A DNA stretch of 42,260 nucleotides from an uncultured Planctomycetia bacterium. Lineage in GTDB: Bacteria; Omnitrophota; Gorgyraeia; 1-14-0-20-64-10. The stretch's first letter is position 1. Each line of letters begins with the position of its first letter. This document shows, one piece after another, positions 16,401 to 27,800 of the stretch. Both the position numbers and the translations under genes were made by a program. The notes beneath the pieces were generated by a model. The model was not told the origin of the DNA. It did not search any database and saw nothing but the letters and a program-made list of their open reading frames with translations. Location: positions 1-42,260 of the forward strand of contig CAYJTC010000002.1 in assembly GCA_964372955.1 (NCBI GenBank), in the 5' to 3' direction.

Positions 16401-18781
16401 CCCTCGCCCCGCAAGTTCATCGGGTCGGCCATGTCGACCGGATTGACTCCTCGCTGGGCCAGGACCTCGGCGCGGAAACGGCCCGCCCTTCCCCAGGTGT
16501 CCAAGACATTGGCCCAAAGCACGGCGTCCACGCCTACCCTCTTCAAAGATTCAGCCACAAGATCTGTCCCGTGGCCGCCCCCCAAAACGACAACTGGCGG
16601 AGCCCCATTCAGGAAATGAAGCACCCGCTCTGGAGTGGGCCAATGTTCCGGCATGGCCCAGCCCAAAACCTGCTCCTCGGACGCCGGCACGTCGGACTGC
16701 AGGGACCGGCGCGACAGGAGGCCAACGCCAGCTTTCACCCACTCCTCCGCTTCATTCTCCGATCCAATGGCCAGCGTCAACTCCTGAACCGTCGGCGCCT
16801 GCACCTGGATCTCCTCCAGCCCCGCCTGAGTCTGCTGAGCCTGGGCTGCCAGGGTGGCCTCTACCTGTTCCAAATCCGCCTGAGTGGTCAGGTCCGGCGC
16901 CTTCGCCGGGTCAATCAGCACCGTCTCCACCCGACCGTCCTGATCCAGCACCATCCTTACAATGTCGGTCAGGTAAAACTGGCTTTGGGCGTTGTTGTTC
17001 GTGGTCGCGGCCAATTCATCAAAGAGATGCTTGGCTTTCATGGCATAGATCGAGACGTTGCATTCATGGATAGCCAGCAGCTGCTCCATGGTGTAACCGC
17101 CCAACGTGGTCCCCGCCTTGATGTCTTCCTCTTCCAGGATGCCTAATACCTGTCCTTTCGCATCCCGAACGATCCTGCCTTTCCCTTTCGGATCAGCAAA
17201 AATCGCCGTGGCGATCACCAGGTCGGCTCCGCTATCCCGATAAGCTTTTTCCACCGATTCCAGAACCTGCCGGTCATACAACGGCTGATCCCCCATCGTG
17301 GCGATGACCAGCGCGTTGCTGTCTCTTAGACCTTTCACCGCCGCCCCATGGTAGATGGCGTAGCCGGTTCCACCGGTCGGGTTCTCCACCTCGACAAAGA
17401 TAATTTCCGGCATGTGGGCCCGATACGCATCCATCACTTTCCCCTTCTCATACCCAACCACCGAAATCACCGGCCAGCCCAAATCCCTGGCGAAAAGTTT
17501 GGTGCGAACTCCACTGGGGAGGGTTCCCCTCACAGGGTCTTTTAAGAGGGCAATCATCTTCAGCTGCTGCCCCGTCGAGTCAAACCGGGTCCCTCTACCG
17601 GCATCCGCGGTCACCAGCACCGTCTTTGCATCAGACAGATCTTGCCCCATTTCCGCTGGATAACTCACCGGTACCGATTTCAGATCGACCGCCTGCTCCA
17701 GAAGCTGGCCCTCCTCCAGCCCGGCCTGCGGAGTCGCGGCGATCTGGTCATAGAGTGCAAAAAGGGTCAGGATGGCATTTCCGGAGGGCTGGGTTAATGT
17801 GGGACCCAGCTCTTCCAGCCGGGTCCAGTCCGAAAGAGAAAGCGGGGACACCATCCGGTCTCCAAACTGAGACTCGGGGGCGGTCAGGCTGCGAAAGAGC
17901 CGGTGCCGCAATGTCTGGGTCGTGTGCCGGTAATGGAGATTTTGAAAGGGCCGCGGGAGGGTGTCGCCGGCATTCTCATCGTATTCGCCCTCGATGGCAT
18001 GAAGGACGATCTTCTGCCTCAGCAGGAGGGGGTCGATCCCTTGATCTCCGGCCAGCTCCTCCAATAGATCCAGGAAGAGCCGGTAAGTGTCTCCTGAAAA
18101 AACACTGTCCAAGAGAACCGTGACACCTCTTCTTCGCACCAGAGAAACCGGATCCAAGACCTTCTCCAGGTATTTCTTGTAAGCCGCCTTCTGTTCCGGG
18201 CTCGGCTCTTTGCGCACTCTGGAGATAACCACCGAAGAATACGCATATCCCCTGGCGAAAGCTCCCTTCTGCCCCACCCGATCCATCGCTTCCAGCGCTC
18301 GGACCAAAAGGGCAGCGCTGTCTCCCAAAGCGACCAACTGTAACTGAGGCTCATCCCGGTATTCCCGCTCCAGAATCTCCCGGGTCCGCTGGGCGGTGGC
18401 CAGCAGATCACGGATCCGATCTTCCACGGAGTAGTCCCTTTTGTTGTAAGCGAAATCGGGGTATTGGAGCGCCGGCATCGGCTGGAAAGTGGCTGCGACC
18501 TGGCCCCTCAAGGAACCTTTTGAAGCATCCGTCAATCGCCGGTAATTTTCATAGGTGGGCTCTTCTCGAAAGGTCTTCAAGTCCGCCGTCTCTTCCAGCC
18601 CGGCCCGCTGGGGGGCCCGGAGGTTGGATTCCAGCCCGGTTTTGGCGCCGCTCTGATGGGCCGCCTCACCCCGGAGGGAGTCGGCCTCAGCGAAAGCAAA
18701 AGGGCAAGGAATCCCGGAAAAGGCGAGCGCCTGGATCAGGGTCCAGGCGCTTAAGCCGCGAATGCGAATCGGAAATTTCAT
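10403..18781 (-). CDS. Giant multidomain protein B (about 2792 aa): signal peptide, unknown domain, sugar-phosphate nucleotidyltransferase-like, YvcK/CofD-family, unknown/HAD-like, ROK/PPGK-like kinase, phosphohexomutase, shared C-terminal domain
   Basis: Uninterrupted 8.4-kb ORF. ATG at 18781 (in-frame TTG at 18784), 27-30 nt after ORF-A. Residue numbers follow the ORF track.
- aa 1-33: signal peptide (MMKFPIRIRGLSAWTLIQALAFSGIPCPFAFA|EA).
- aa ~385-625: GT-A nucleotidyltransferase like the GlmU N-half (VLVTADAGRGTRF, GGTGYAIYHG, ATMGDQPL, FYLTDIV).
- aa ~728-1100: UPF0052/YvcK/CofD type (VVVLGGGHGTDLVAESLK, AELVVIAPGNFHESVASILSIPGVIQALIDAKKRGATIIWMVNP).
- aa ~1235-1460: weak HAD-like motifs (IWIDLDRAG, VVFLDDADAAG).
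- aa ~1575-1950: ASKHA/ROK-like (MVLTLGTGTSIGV, IVLAGSIGQ), with a degenerate N-terminal phosphate loop.
- aa ~2045-2625: alpha-D-phosphohexomutase with all four loops (GGIITASHNP, AIITDYDADR, GIEGANGG, RGSLTEGMLRIATE).
- aa 2656-2793: C-terminal domain. Confidence 0.93.
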   Translation of the reverse strand: MKFPIRIRGLSAWTLIQALAFSGIPCPFAFAEADSLRGEAAHQSGAKTGLESNLRAPQRAGLEETADLKTFREEPTYENYRRLTDASKGSLRGQVAATFQPMPALQYPDFAYNKRDYSVEDRIRDLLATAQRTREILEREYRDEPQLQLVALGDSAALLVRALEAMDRVGQKGAFARGYAYSSVVISRVRKEPSPEQKAAYKKYLEKVLDPVSLVRRRGVTVLLDSVFSGDTYRLFLDLLEELAGDQGIDPLLLRQKIVLHAIEGEYDENAGDTLPRPFQNLHYRHTTQTLRHRLFRSLTAPESQFGDRMVSPLSLSDWTRLEELGPTLTQPSGNAILTLFALYDQIAATPQAGLEEGQLLEQAVDLKSVPVSYPAEMGQDLSDAKTVLVTADAGRGTRFDSTGQQLKMIALLKDPVRGTLPSGVRTKLFARDLGWPVISVVGYEKGKVMDAYRAHMPEIIFVEVENPTGGTGYAIYHGAAVKGLRDSNALVIATMGDQPLYDRQVLESVEKAYRDSGADLVIATAIFADPKGKGRIVRDAKGQVLGILEEEDIKAGTTLGGYTMEQLLAIHECNVSIYAMKAKHLFDELAATTNNNAQSQFYLTDIVRMVLDQDGRVETVLIDPAKAPDLTTQADLEQVEATLAAQAQQTQAGLEEIQVQAPTVQELTLAIGSENEAEEWVKAGVGLLSRRSLQSDVPASEEQVLGWAMPEHWPTPERVLHFLNGAPPVVVLGGGHGTDLVAESLKRVGVDAVLWANVLDTWGRAGRFRAEVLAQRGVNPVDMADPMNLRGEGLIRELLKLELPSEIPPGSLWELAVSRAAQKEYRQGKMEELVTGIPSMIARWEEEQGPLGSQGRAALVRFLAFLQQVFEVVDAELIQKDYIAVSGQTLQNLLDVGAKVMVGAYPRGGPIDTEKYLVAEYLLREAVGGPWVLPTTFESPQIVTVHGDLRTGRAHATVRRGLGTVGLVVPPVGDPKSLEILSDLVAGPNGEPVSAQKAQQLLEQMLRSPKDRASVLLGPGAYRFVSGKGQPPFAANPLFLRQIRRAELVVIAPGNFHESVASILSIPGVIQALIDAKKRGATIIWMVNPDNLLFTIRYNIVDYRKAMEGIIQSQVPTATLSQVVSIVMLGQRHPKGPSPEVMEGKTFDWLARQNPGAYQRVFHLHPRGPVKLKDAEKTFPGIQVVRLPLTEAVPREVKGIRVLQPAYRPEQLAQRWEALLPPALKGMERLAWDPPADEIWIDLDRAGAPDGKAQADPEVLRLCGEYLALGGKGGFLSNRADQNLRQRAQEGTGPLQHMGRNGTRWLKEEFPELVTQRMGSGEFTIDRIVAAIQSAEWGPIPGLNIGGELEDPVIPPANPDMDLYRLGDLNLYVMQEGQGPKLYGIVQLRPNGLAENALESAGREVRSRLVKAFGETLVGPFLDTSIDLYAFGKDDFLRHRKGKVVFLDDADAAGLSMSQEGITTVLVGEPQEELPGSVIRCPTLGPAGVCEILKIEIAKRRAAALLGGWEAVLDQLVNRLPQTSNRSVIQALSDLAGAAAGLEERRPTNKEAESGAGRETVSAPGTREAQAPDVGVYLSMGAFKVGVGVGEKDGARAASEIATEYFTWEKLKNMYPDFGQDTDERWAAQVIAALIQKTLREDLDAQPENLKEVGISFGGVVGPLTVQNAKIVGFRKPTPFKQLLGEELYSLFGRELPIRIVSEDEARVWGEFLWEEGALKGLQQGMVLTLGTGTSIGVLQGGKPIDSLPGQEVGGLLGEFGWSVMRQADGPWVYHFPKEGRLPDPQPEEEPAEKEFGGPWLAARTIEFLRNNDLYRLSDAEIDRLFGGPVTQNLTEDDLPGAHRPILADEKLQLIVLQGITQRALNDSTIHGRLARQFLEQVGTELGQVLRVYLDAYAGQPFTQGPIVLAGSIGQLWGLPPEESGKPDIFLEAIQQSLGGNVTVVRSKMGFEGEFAVFVHPQSEVVAGPEEWLGPIDWSKWAEVTDPDRTLIQSFSGVRADLGPNVDPPILAPLADVKLSPAQKLIFARYGYLFAKLQIEKFSGRSEFTFIFGRDPRPTGRAIQEAHMRGISVAAQEFNVKVRFVEVEGGILPTPLSESLVRLVEAHGGGIITASHNPLRWNGVKYPTAATEPAGSLVEGGILLPSRQMKSVVDQFRRWAAQAGASPEQAQEFVQRLNAVPVGRLETVSREKILGQVVKEARQMWGLEQEEEFQGFREKAKRVRIVVDPNGGAATGYYAEFLERMGFDLIEINHVVGQPQHILEPVNDPEKGNALADAERVLKEAQAHFAIITDYDADRANTLLLDPKTGQAVEPNPQEVAAMNMALGLARAARARPAGDASKLAVVAHSATSKRVLEIAKAFGAEVFPVEVGEVNVLEKMRKLEAQKDAGGRPTYRVVLGIEGANGGTVFRGESAQFLGDTSRNGAMTALFLGMVATDPEWARSWLQARNAAVPNGVPPVEVPAVPTLLDILGSLPGDRSEGSWRFSTPIRDQGAQGEVPEALMIPFKRAWETLWKENLRDRLQKEGLILADGTSVHPTADYRIVYDSETGLSPAYGPADPAGAGLTLPSENGTPFGMGGWIMELELDGGKAFVWLRGSLTEGMLRIATEGQGARAKQVAEALRKLVDEEWYPKALAQARVKAQPATAGLEELQIRLKPGVTAGKVIFLGPEVATEEVLQGLAQLKPVPGEQINLVIFAEHVHHAGQIEGWLKDTGLAAKIINLKSPPYADKDPSDVITKMQVDAIGRGLDVLTIWTPSGLSGLGDFLEIEDVSFRTWQKRLERQPELYL

Positions 18782-18811
18782 CAAAAAAGAGTCGCTAAGG
18801 CAACGTGAATT

Positions 18812-21800
18812 TTACAGGTACTGAGATACCTGCTCTTTGAGTACCCCTTCGGCCGCCTGAATGAAGGACTCCGGAATGGGAACCCCCAGGAACTTTACCA
18901 CCTCCATTAGATCCGATAGGAACAGGGCGAGCTGATAACTGAATCCCTCCGCGCTGAGCCTTTTCTTGGTTTCCCGAGCCGCCAGCATGACATTCCCCCC
19001 GTAACTGACGGAAGCATCGATGAGAGTAATCTGCAGACCCAGCTGCTCGGCACGAGCCTTTACCTTTCTTAAGTGATCTCCATTCTCCACGATGGCCACG
19101 ATCGGAACTTGCTGTCCATCGACCGGCTCAATAGAGGGGACCATCTCCAGAAAAGCCAGCGCTTCGTGAGCCAAGATGAGCCCCTTGTGGGCATCCACCG
19201 CGGAAGGAACGCGGACCAAGGGAATTCCCGAAGTTCTGGAAACTCCGATCGTTCTGGTAACAGGGTTCAAGACGGTGGTCGCCGTCACTAGCGGTGTGGT
19301 CCCCAACGTCCGGACCGGCGGCACCGCCGTCGGCGCTGCCCCCTCCGTCCGTTCCTCCAACCCGGCGGCCGCCGCTTGGCGCGCCTGATCGAAATTCTGT
19401 TTGAACGGCAGGAACTCCGGCTCAAGAGTCAGGTCCGCCACCGACTTCTTAATAACCGGACTGGGCTTGTTGGTCAAATAATTGTCCACGGCAGTCTCCA
19501 GCGCCTGATCCGGATTGTTTTCCCCTTCAAAGAGAGGAGCGAAGAGGGCCTTGGCCGCGGACTTCGCGTCCTGCCGGGCATCCACCTCGATCAGCCGGGC
19601 CAAAACCTCCAGCTCCCGGCCCCAGAGGTTCGTATCCCCCATAAACTGTTGCTTCACCCTATCCAGCCATGCCTCATCATCATCCTTGATCTCCATCCCC
19701 CAATCGCCAGTTTCCGTGTGCCGGGCAAACGCGGTCTGCCGGAGTTCGCTCAGTTTCCAACCCTGCCCGCTCCATTCCGACTGATAGATCCCCAGCCGGG
19801 TCAGGAGTTCTTTCTCCCCATCGTTGACTTCGTAGAATCGGCGGAACTCGTCGCCGATGCTGGAATCGATCAGCTCCTGAATCAACTCCGGCTCAACCTC
19901 CTGGAAAACGCCATCAAGAACGGCGGGATTCTTCTCAATCGCCTGAATGTGGGCGTCAAACTGCGTCTGGGTCACCCCGTTGGGGACATCCGGCTGATCG
20001 CCTTCCTCCACGCCACGCGCGGCGATCGGGAAGAATCCGATCCGGATGTTCCTGCCCGAAGTCTGGAAGAAATGGCTCATGGTGTCGTCCGGCACGGTTA
20101 AACGGGTGGAGGCCAGGAGCTGACCGGTCTCCTCCGGAGTCACCCCGTTGGAGGCCAGTCTAGTCCGCAAGGCGTTTAAGATTCGCTCCGTCTGCTGAAT
20201 GATGGCAGCCCCTGCCCTGCGAACCGCCTTGTCGGAGGAGAGTCTGAAGCTAACGTAAGCTGCAGCTTCCCGCAACACGAGATTGTCCATCAGGCCGTTG
20301 GAGTCCGGGTTCTTCAAGGCCCCTTCCTTGATCTCTTTTTCGAGCTTGGCGAGCAACTCCGCGGCCTTCGGGTCCTGATCCTCGCGGGCCTGAAGCGCCC
20401 TCCGGACCCGATCGATCGCCACCCAACGCAACGCCGCCTCCACCCGGCCAGCCATCTGGGTGATGTAAGCGGCATGGATCGGGATTTTTTGAGTTCGGGC
20501 CTTCATGTTGGCCGTCACCTGGGCCATAAAACCGGCCACCGCCCCAGCCACCGACCCTTGGCCCGTGATGTTGGTGAAGAGCCCCTGGGTATGGACATCC
20601 TCGATGATGCTCTCGGTGTTGATCTGGGTCGGGTCCACCTGGTCGAGGTCGTCCCCCGCCTGCGTTAACGCTTCGTTCCAAGCTTCCAGAACCCGGCCAT
20701 AGACGCCGGCGAGCGTCCCGTCCACCTTAAAGACCGGATGGACCTTGGAATAGCCGTTCCCCAGGGGATTCTCCAGGAAGGCGTCCAACTGCTGCTTCGG
20801 GAAGATCTCCGTCACACCAAGCTCCTTCATCATCGCCTGGGTCTCGGCTGCGAACCGGTCTCCCAGGAGAAAGATGTCGGCTACGACTTCATGACGTTTG
20901 CTTAACCGGGAGTTCACCTGAAAGCTGACCTGCCCCCGCATTCCCTTCTCATGGATGAAAATGGGCAGCAACGCCCGCCGTGCCGGCTCCCCGGCCACCA
21001 TGGTGGCCTCCCGCAGGAGCGCCCACTTGCGCTGCTTCGGATCGTACCCCGGGTTGCTTCTGACGAAATTAAAGACCGCCTCCTTGACCTTCAGCTGGAG
21101 AGACCTGCGCTCCCGGACATTCCGCCGGGAGAGAGTCGGATTGAGCATGACGAAGGTGTAGTAATCGGTGAGCATGTCGATCCCGGCTCCATAGTCGTTC
21201 CCGAGTACCTGGCCAGTCAGCCGCACCGTCCTGCGAAGCCGTGCCTTCTGGATCTTCTCATTGAAGTAGGTCACAAACTCGCTCAAGGAGCCCGTGGGAG
21301 CTTTCTCCGCCCAGTAAGCCAGGAAGGACTGCCCTTTGTTGGTCTTGGCATCGAAATCCTTCTCCACATTGGCCAGCTGGATCTGAAGCAGGTCTTGCCG
21401 CCAGTCGGCCAGTACCTGTTGGGCCAACGGCTTGGCCAAAGCTTCCAGCCGGTTGAGCAGCGCATGCCACTCCTGCACTTCGGCCTGGATAACTTCCGGC
21501 GTCAACACATCCGCTCCAAACAGTTCTTTATTTCTCAGGGTCCGTTCCTGAATCCCTTCGGAAGCCATAAGAAAAGTGGCGTCGGCGAGAAACCGCAAGG
21601 CGCTTCTCTTCTCCGCTTCACCCAATTGGCCGAACTCTTTCTCAAGAGATTCCCGGATAAACCGATTCCGTTCCCGGGAGTTTTGGGGGTGGGTGAAGAA
21701 GGAAAGTTTCTGGGCTCCAAACTCTGCCCGGTCCCAGTCCTTCGCCTGCTGAAGGATCCGACCCCTGACCTGCTCTTCTGTCTCTGCTTGACCAATCTCC

Positions 21801-24800
21801 TCCAGCCCCGCGCGGGCCGGCTCGACGATGATTCTGGTCGGGGTGAATGTGGCTTTGACCCGACCACCGACATTGCCAGGCACACTCCCCGCGCCACCCA
21901 ACAAATCCCTCACCTTCCAGGGACGGTCGCGCACCTCCTCAGGGGAAACATACCAGGGCGAGGGGACACCCTGCGTAGTGACCTCAGCCCGCGGATTCCG
22001 TGCCGCGAATTCCAGGATCTTCTCGTAGACCTCTCCCTGCTCGCCCTCCGTCGTCTCCAACCCCGCCGCGGTCAACGGGAGGTCGGCTCCGGAGCTTGTC
22101 AGCGCCGCCGTCAGCTGAGAAACTCGCGTCTCGATAAATTGCGTTTTCGGCCCCAGGATCTCGACCACAAACTTGTTGCGAGCTGAGTCGTCCAGGAGCT
22201 CTTTCCCCTCTAGCCCCAGAGTGGCGACGACCTTCGCCACACGCTCATCGATTCTCGTCTTGATCAACTCCCTCGTCGCCCGGCTCTGATCCCGATAAGC
22301 GGCGAGGATCTCCGACACTCTTTTGCCTTCATGATTCTCAAAGAGGGTCTGCCGTTCGTGTTCCCATCGCCTGTTTTGGGCCGGGCCTTTCAGGAGGGCC
22401 TGAACCGATTCGGCGTTCAGGCTTCCGGCCTTTTCCAGACGGTCCAATTCCCGGAAAAGCCCCTGCGCGGAATACTGCCTGAGGAACTGCCGATAGGCCT
22501 CGATCCCTCTGATCCGGTTATCCTTGTGCAGGTAGTTGTTGCCCAGCCCCGTGACTCCCTGAGGGCTTGGCCTTTTACCGCCGTCCTTTTCTCCCATATA
22601 AAGGGTTCGTTCCGGATCCACGATATCTTCCAAGTGCGTAAGCGCCTCTTTGACATGGATCGCCGTTTCCGGAGCGTAAATCTCCCCCCGGTATGTGGAG
22701 CGCAACGATTTCTTTCTAGCCGACCATTTCCACTCGTTTCGCAGAAGCATATAGGGCAGATACGTCAGAACCCAACCGGGAGCCACCTCGTTGTAAAGCC
22801 TCTGCTTGGCGCCTAATTTGGTCATGCTGTCCGGATCCGGAACCCCCATGAGCATGAAGGGAAATGTGACCGTCTGCCCGCTGGAGACCAGGATTCCTGT
22901 CTGGAAGAGCGCGTGATCGGACCCGCTGAAATCCGCGGGGAGCTGGAAGACCACGCCGGATCCCCCAAACCCGCCTTTGGGAAGCTTCAGCTCCAGCTCC
23001 GCTCCCGACCCGTCATGATTCGCCGTGATGATCCCAGCCCCGACATTGAATCCGTAAGGAAGGTGGCCTCCCAACACCAGGGAGGTCTTGTGATGGCTGG
23101 TGACAAAATCTTCTCCCAGGTCACCCCCGAACTCCCCTTTCGCCACAAGGCCATCGGGCCCAAGATACATTCCGGTCACGTTGACTCCCTGTTCGGCCGT
23201 GGCGGCTTCGTCAAGGAACATCTGCGTCAACTGAGACGCAGTCGCCGCGTGAGCCTGGGGTTTCATGACCACAAAATTGAGCTGGGCGGCGTTATCAACC
23301 ACCACTTTCTGCTTGCGAACGTGCTGGCGGACGGCCTCTTCGCCGCCTTGGCGAAGCTGAGCCAGTTTGGCTCCAGTCAACTCGACCAGCAGCCGCGGCG
23401 TCTCTTGTTCACTCCTGGCCAAACGGAGCAGCTCTTCCATTTCCGCGGAGGTAAACCCTCCGATCAGCACTGCTTCCTTGACATGCTGGGCATGATCAAG
23501 GAAAGTGTTCTTGCCAACGTAAACGTTGATGACCTGCGAGGTGGTGTCGATGACGGACCCTTCCTCCACAATCCCCCATTTCGATCGGGCCAGCTTGACG
23601 TACTCGGCGTGCTCCGCCCGGTATTGATCCGCGAATCTCTTGTCGGTGAGGAGCCGGCTGGACAGGTGCAACGCTCCTTTCAGGATCAGCTCCGGATGAA
23701 CCGGCAGTTTCCGAACGCCGGCCTCATTTCGGATCTCATGATACTGGGAGAGCCCAAAAGTGGTCTCCGGGTCAGCGGCCATCCTAGCTTTCACCACGAT
23801 GTTATCGCCCTTCAGAACGTAGTTGGTGATCTCGGAAGAATCGATGGCCATGTTCTTTCCCAGACGCGAGTTGCGGATCTCGGAACTAAAGATCCCCCTG
23901 AGCTTCCGGGTGATCCCGTCGGGCAAGGTGATCTCTCTGGGCTCGATCCGCCCGATCTCAACCCGCTCGAAGAAGCGGTTCCCCAAGATCCGGGAAAGAA
24001 ACGCCTTCACCTGATCCGAGGACATGGCGGCGTCAATGAAAACGTCATCCCAGCTTCCGATTTTTCCGGAACTGTTCACGGCGAAATTTCCTTGTCTCTC
24101 CAGAAGAGCTTGTTCCTCTTCGCTGAGCCCTCTGAGCGACTCCGCCGCCTTCCACGCGCCGGCCTGATCAGGCGCCAGGTTGACAGCCCGCACCGACGCC
24201 AGGAACTCGGAGGTTTCCCGGTCTTGGCGAATGGCGGCGATCGGATCGAAGGCCTCCACCTCCTTCGCCCACGTCAAGAACTGCTCCTCCAGCCCGGCCT
24301 GGGAAGGCGGTGGGGACTGGACAGAGGTGGCGGGGGAAACAAAGAAGTAACTTGCGCTGGTGGTGGGTCTGTCTTCTTCCAGGCCGGCCAGGTTGGTGAC
24401 GATCTTGGTGACCCCCTGCTGCTGGTAGGTGAGCACCCGGATCAGCTGATCCGGGTCATGGGCGAAGCCGAAAACCATCGGCAGGTTGATGCGATAGATT
24501 TCCAGCGCTTCCTGCAACAGTTGGTAGACCTCTCCGATTCTCAATCTGGCCTCTTTGGGCGTCGCCTCGGGAGAGTATTTGGATTCCAACGCGCTAATGG
24601 CCCCCGTGATCTGCTGCTTCAAGATTCTGTCCTTTTCAGACAGGCCGTCATCATCCTTCTTGTTCAGAGCCGCGTAGGCGCGGATGATGACCACCTCGTC
24701 CAAAAACTGCGGGTCCTGTGGATCATCGAACTGTCCGAATACACCGCGGGTTCCTGCAGGGTCTTCCAGCTCTTTCCAGATCGCTCTGGCCACCTTGGCC

Positions 24801-27800
24801 GCCCACTCCGCCAGCGGCTGGAAACGTTTCTTGGCCAGGAAAGAGGTGAAACCATGGATGGCCGCGATGGCCTCGACCGGGTCCCCCGTTGGAAGCGCGA
24901 TCACGTGGTCGGGCACATCCCCGCCCATCTGGTACAAAGACTCCGCCTCTTTCTTCGAGATCAACACCATGACCGTGGTTTCCCAACGGGGAAACCGTTT
25001 CCTAAGCTCTTTGTAGAAGACCGCCCGATCCGGCCCTTCGGCCCCGGAATCGTAGACGACGACCAGCTCTCCTCTGCGCGCCCGCCGGACCTGGCCCATT
25101 TCCTGGCGGTCGACATCCCACGGTATCCCCGCCCTCTTCAACAGCTCCACCCGTCGGCCAACCAGCTGGTTCACCACCAGCCGGTTGAGCACCAGCAGCT
25201 CCAGAAGATCCCCGTTTGGAGTCGCGATCACTGCGTCCGAATGGGTCACCCCTATGGTCTTGTGCAATGTCAGCGGGATGTTCTCCAGGGACTGTTTTCG
25301 CCCGTGGCGAAACGCCTGGAAATGACCATCCGGAATCGAGAGGTCCTTGAGGTCCCCCTCAGTTCCGACATAGAGGAAGAACCCGGGTTCCCGGTCGGTC
25401 GGGAAGGGAGGGTTGACCGCCCGCGGAATCATCTCGGTGGTCCGTTTCTTCATGTCGGGATCGTAAGCGGCCTTTTCCGAGGGGCCCACATTGCCGTACC
25501 AGACCACCAGCTCGCCGCCGGGCTGCTGCGCCGCAAAACCGCCGTGCCCGAAGTTGCTGGGCTCCTCCGGATAGGAAACCATTCCCAGGTATTCCCGGAT
25601 CCACCGCGCAAAATCCCGGGCCAGCCATTCCCGCGCTCCATATCCTCCCGGCCATATATTGAATCCTTCCCATCCGCGGTCCTGACTGCGCTTCTCGGCG
25701 AACCCGGCAATCCGGTTGATCGCTTCTGAGTTGTATCCGGAATCGGAAGTTTCATCAATTGTTCTTTGAATTCCCGTGGATGCCGCCGCCTCCCGGGAGG
25801 TTTGCTCCTGCTTAATATGGGAACGGGCCTCCTCCTTCCATGTTTCTGTGAGATTGGTGCCTTCGTCGATGGAGCGGAGCGCCAGTTGAGCCACCAGCCG
25901 ATCCAAGGCGGAAAAGACAGCGAATCCCTGATCGTACGGCCTGCCCTGAAGCTCCAAGAGGTTGGAGAGTCTGGGCCGGATTTCCTGGACAAGCGGGGTG
26001 GTCTCTGAAGAATGAAGGCAGATCTGCTGATCCGGGGCGATATTCCATCGAGCGATCAGGTCGGCGGCCTTGCGCTGTTCCGTTTCATGGCCTTTGTCAT
26101 TGGGATCTCGCCCGTAAATCATCGCCTCGCCGGGACGGACGAAGACAACCAGGGTCCCCCGCGGAAGCGAGTATCGGCCGCCCCTCCTGGCCAACGCCTC
26201 CTCGTACGTCATCACTTCGATGGACGCTGGACAGAGGTGCTGATAGGAGTTCCTGACCAGCTGCATGGCGTACGTGTCCGTTCCGTTGCCCACCAAAAGG
26301 ATTTTCTGAATTGGTTCTCGAGTCAACCGGGCGTGATTCAGAGCGTCCGCAAAATGCCTGCGATTGGCGCGAACGGTCTCCGTCACCGTGGATGGATCCC
26401 ATAGTTCCTTTTGGCTCTGATACTGCTCGTTGGTCCTACCATTGCTCGCGGCAATGTCCCTCTCCAAGAATTCAGAAGAAGAGCGAAGCACGGTGGCCGT
26501 CACCCCCACCACCTCCGCGAACTTAAGACCCAGTTCGCTGACTGTCTTGCCCTTACCTCTTTCGATAAAGGTGACGTTCACGGGCCGGAAATCGACCCCA
26601 TAGCCGGCGTGGTGGGAGGTCCATGACCGCCTGGAGTTGTCCCTCCAGTAGCTTTCCACATCCGAGAATCTGTCCCTGTAACTCTTGAGTTTTGCTCCAC
26701 CCTTCTCCGAAACAGGTTTCTCCCAGGGCAGAACCTTTCCTTGGAAGGAACTGTCCAGGACAGCCGCCAGTGTCCCCGCTTGGAGACTGCCATCCTCCAT
26801 CCGGCTCCCATGGGCGCGGAGTTTTTCCAGTCGCTGGTGAGCCTCTAGATTAATCCTCGGCGCATCCAACGAGCTCTGCGCCGCGGCAAGAGCCTGCCGA
26901 CGCCATCGTTCAATCCCGAGAATTCGCAGCAGGAGGATGGCATGGTTGGCCGTCCCTGTGGCGGGAACGGAGCTCTCCGGAGTGGACCGGGTCCTCAAGG
27001 TGCCTCCGCTGACGCGCGCGAACCGATCCACAGCGCTCCCCGCCGTGTTGGTCACTCCGATCACTTTGGCTCCGCTGGGAAGGGCCGTCGCGATCAGATT
27101 GAGGGCAGAGCCAGTTTCTCCCGACTGCGAAACCACCAGAAGGATGGTCTTCTCCCCAAAGGTCAGGTTCGGAGTCAAGCGCAGTCTCAAGCTGTCCGAC
27201 TGGCGGATGGTGTCAAAAAGGGGCTCCTCAGCGTCAGCAATCTCCAAGATGAAGGTGGAGGTCCCGGATCCGGCACCCACGACCACGATCTGCGCCTCCG
27301 GGTCGCTCAGAAGCTTCAGCATTCCGGGGGTTAGACCGGTCCCGTCCTCCCCAACTTCCAAGTGCGGCTCCAGCAGATCATACTCGTCTCTCCGGACGTA
27401 CCGGTCAAAGGTCCTCAGGTAAGTGGCGTGCTGAACCAAAGTCTCCAGCTCGTAGGGGGAGAGCTTCCGGTAGGTCTCTTCCCCCTCCTTCAAAACCTCG
27501 ATCCAGGCGGCATCCAGCGTGCTTACCTCCTGAGCCAAGTTCACTGTTTCCGAACCGTTCTCCCAGGTCTTGTAGCGATTCACCTGGGTCCCATCCACCG
27601 TATAGATGGTCCAGGGCTCCACAAATTTCCCTTCCGCGGTTCCATAGACCACATTGATCCCTGGAAGAGACGTCGGATATCTTTCTTTGACCCTCCCCAT
27701 CTGAGGAGCCGCCCCGCGAAGCTCAGAAACAGCCACCACCCGGGCGATCTCACCCTGAGAATCCCGCTCCACCACGAGATTGACCTGAGTGGTCTGTGTC

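Noticed and set aside
22913-25729. 938-aa ORF on the + strand
   Set aside because: It lies entirely antisense to giant ORF-A. It has an R/G/P/L-rich low-information composition typical of shadow frames in GC-rich DNA. No recognisable motifs, whereas the minus frame has clear enzyme motifs.
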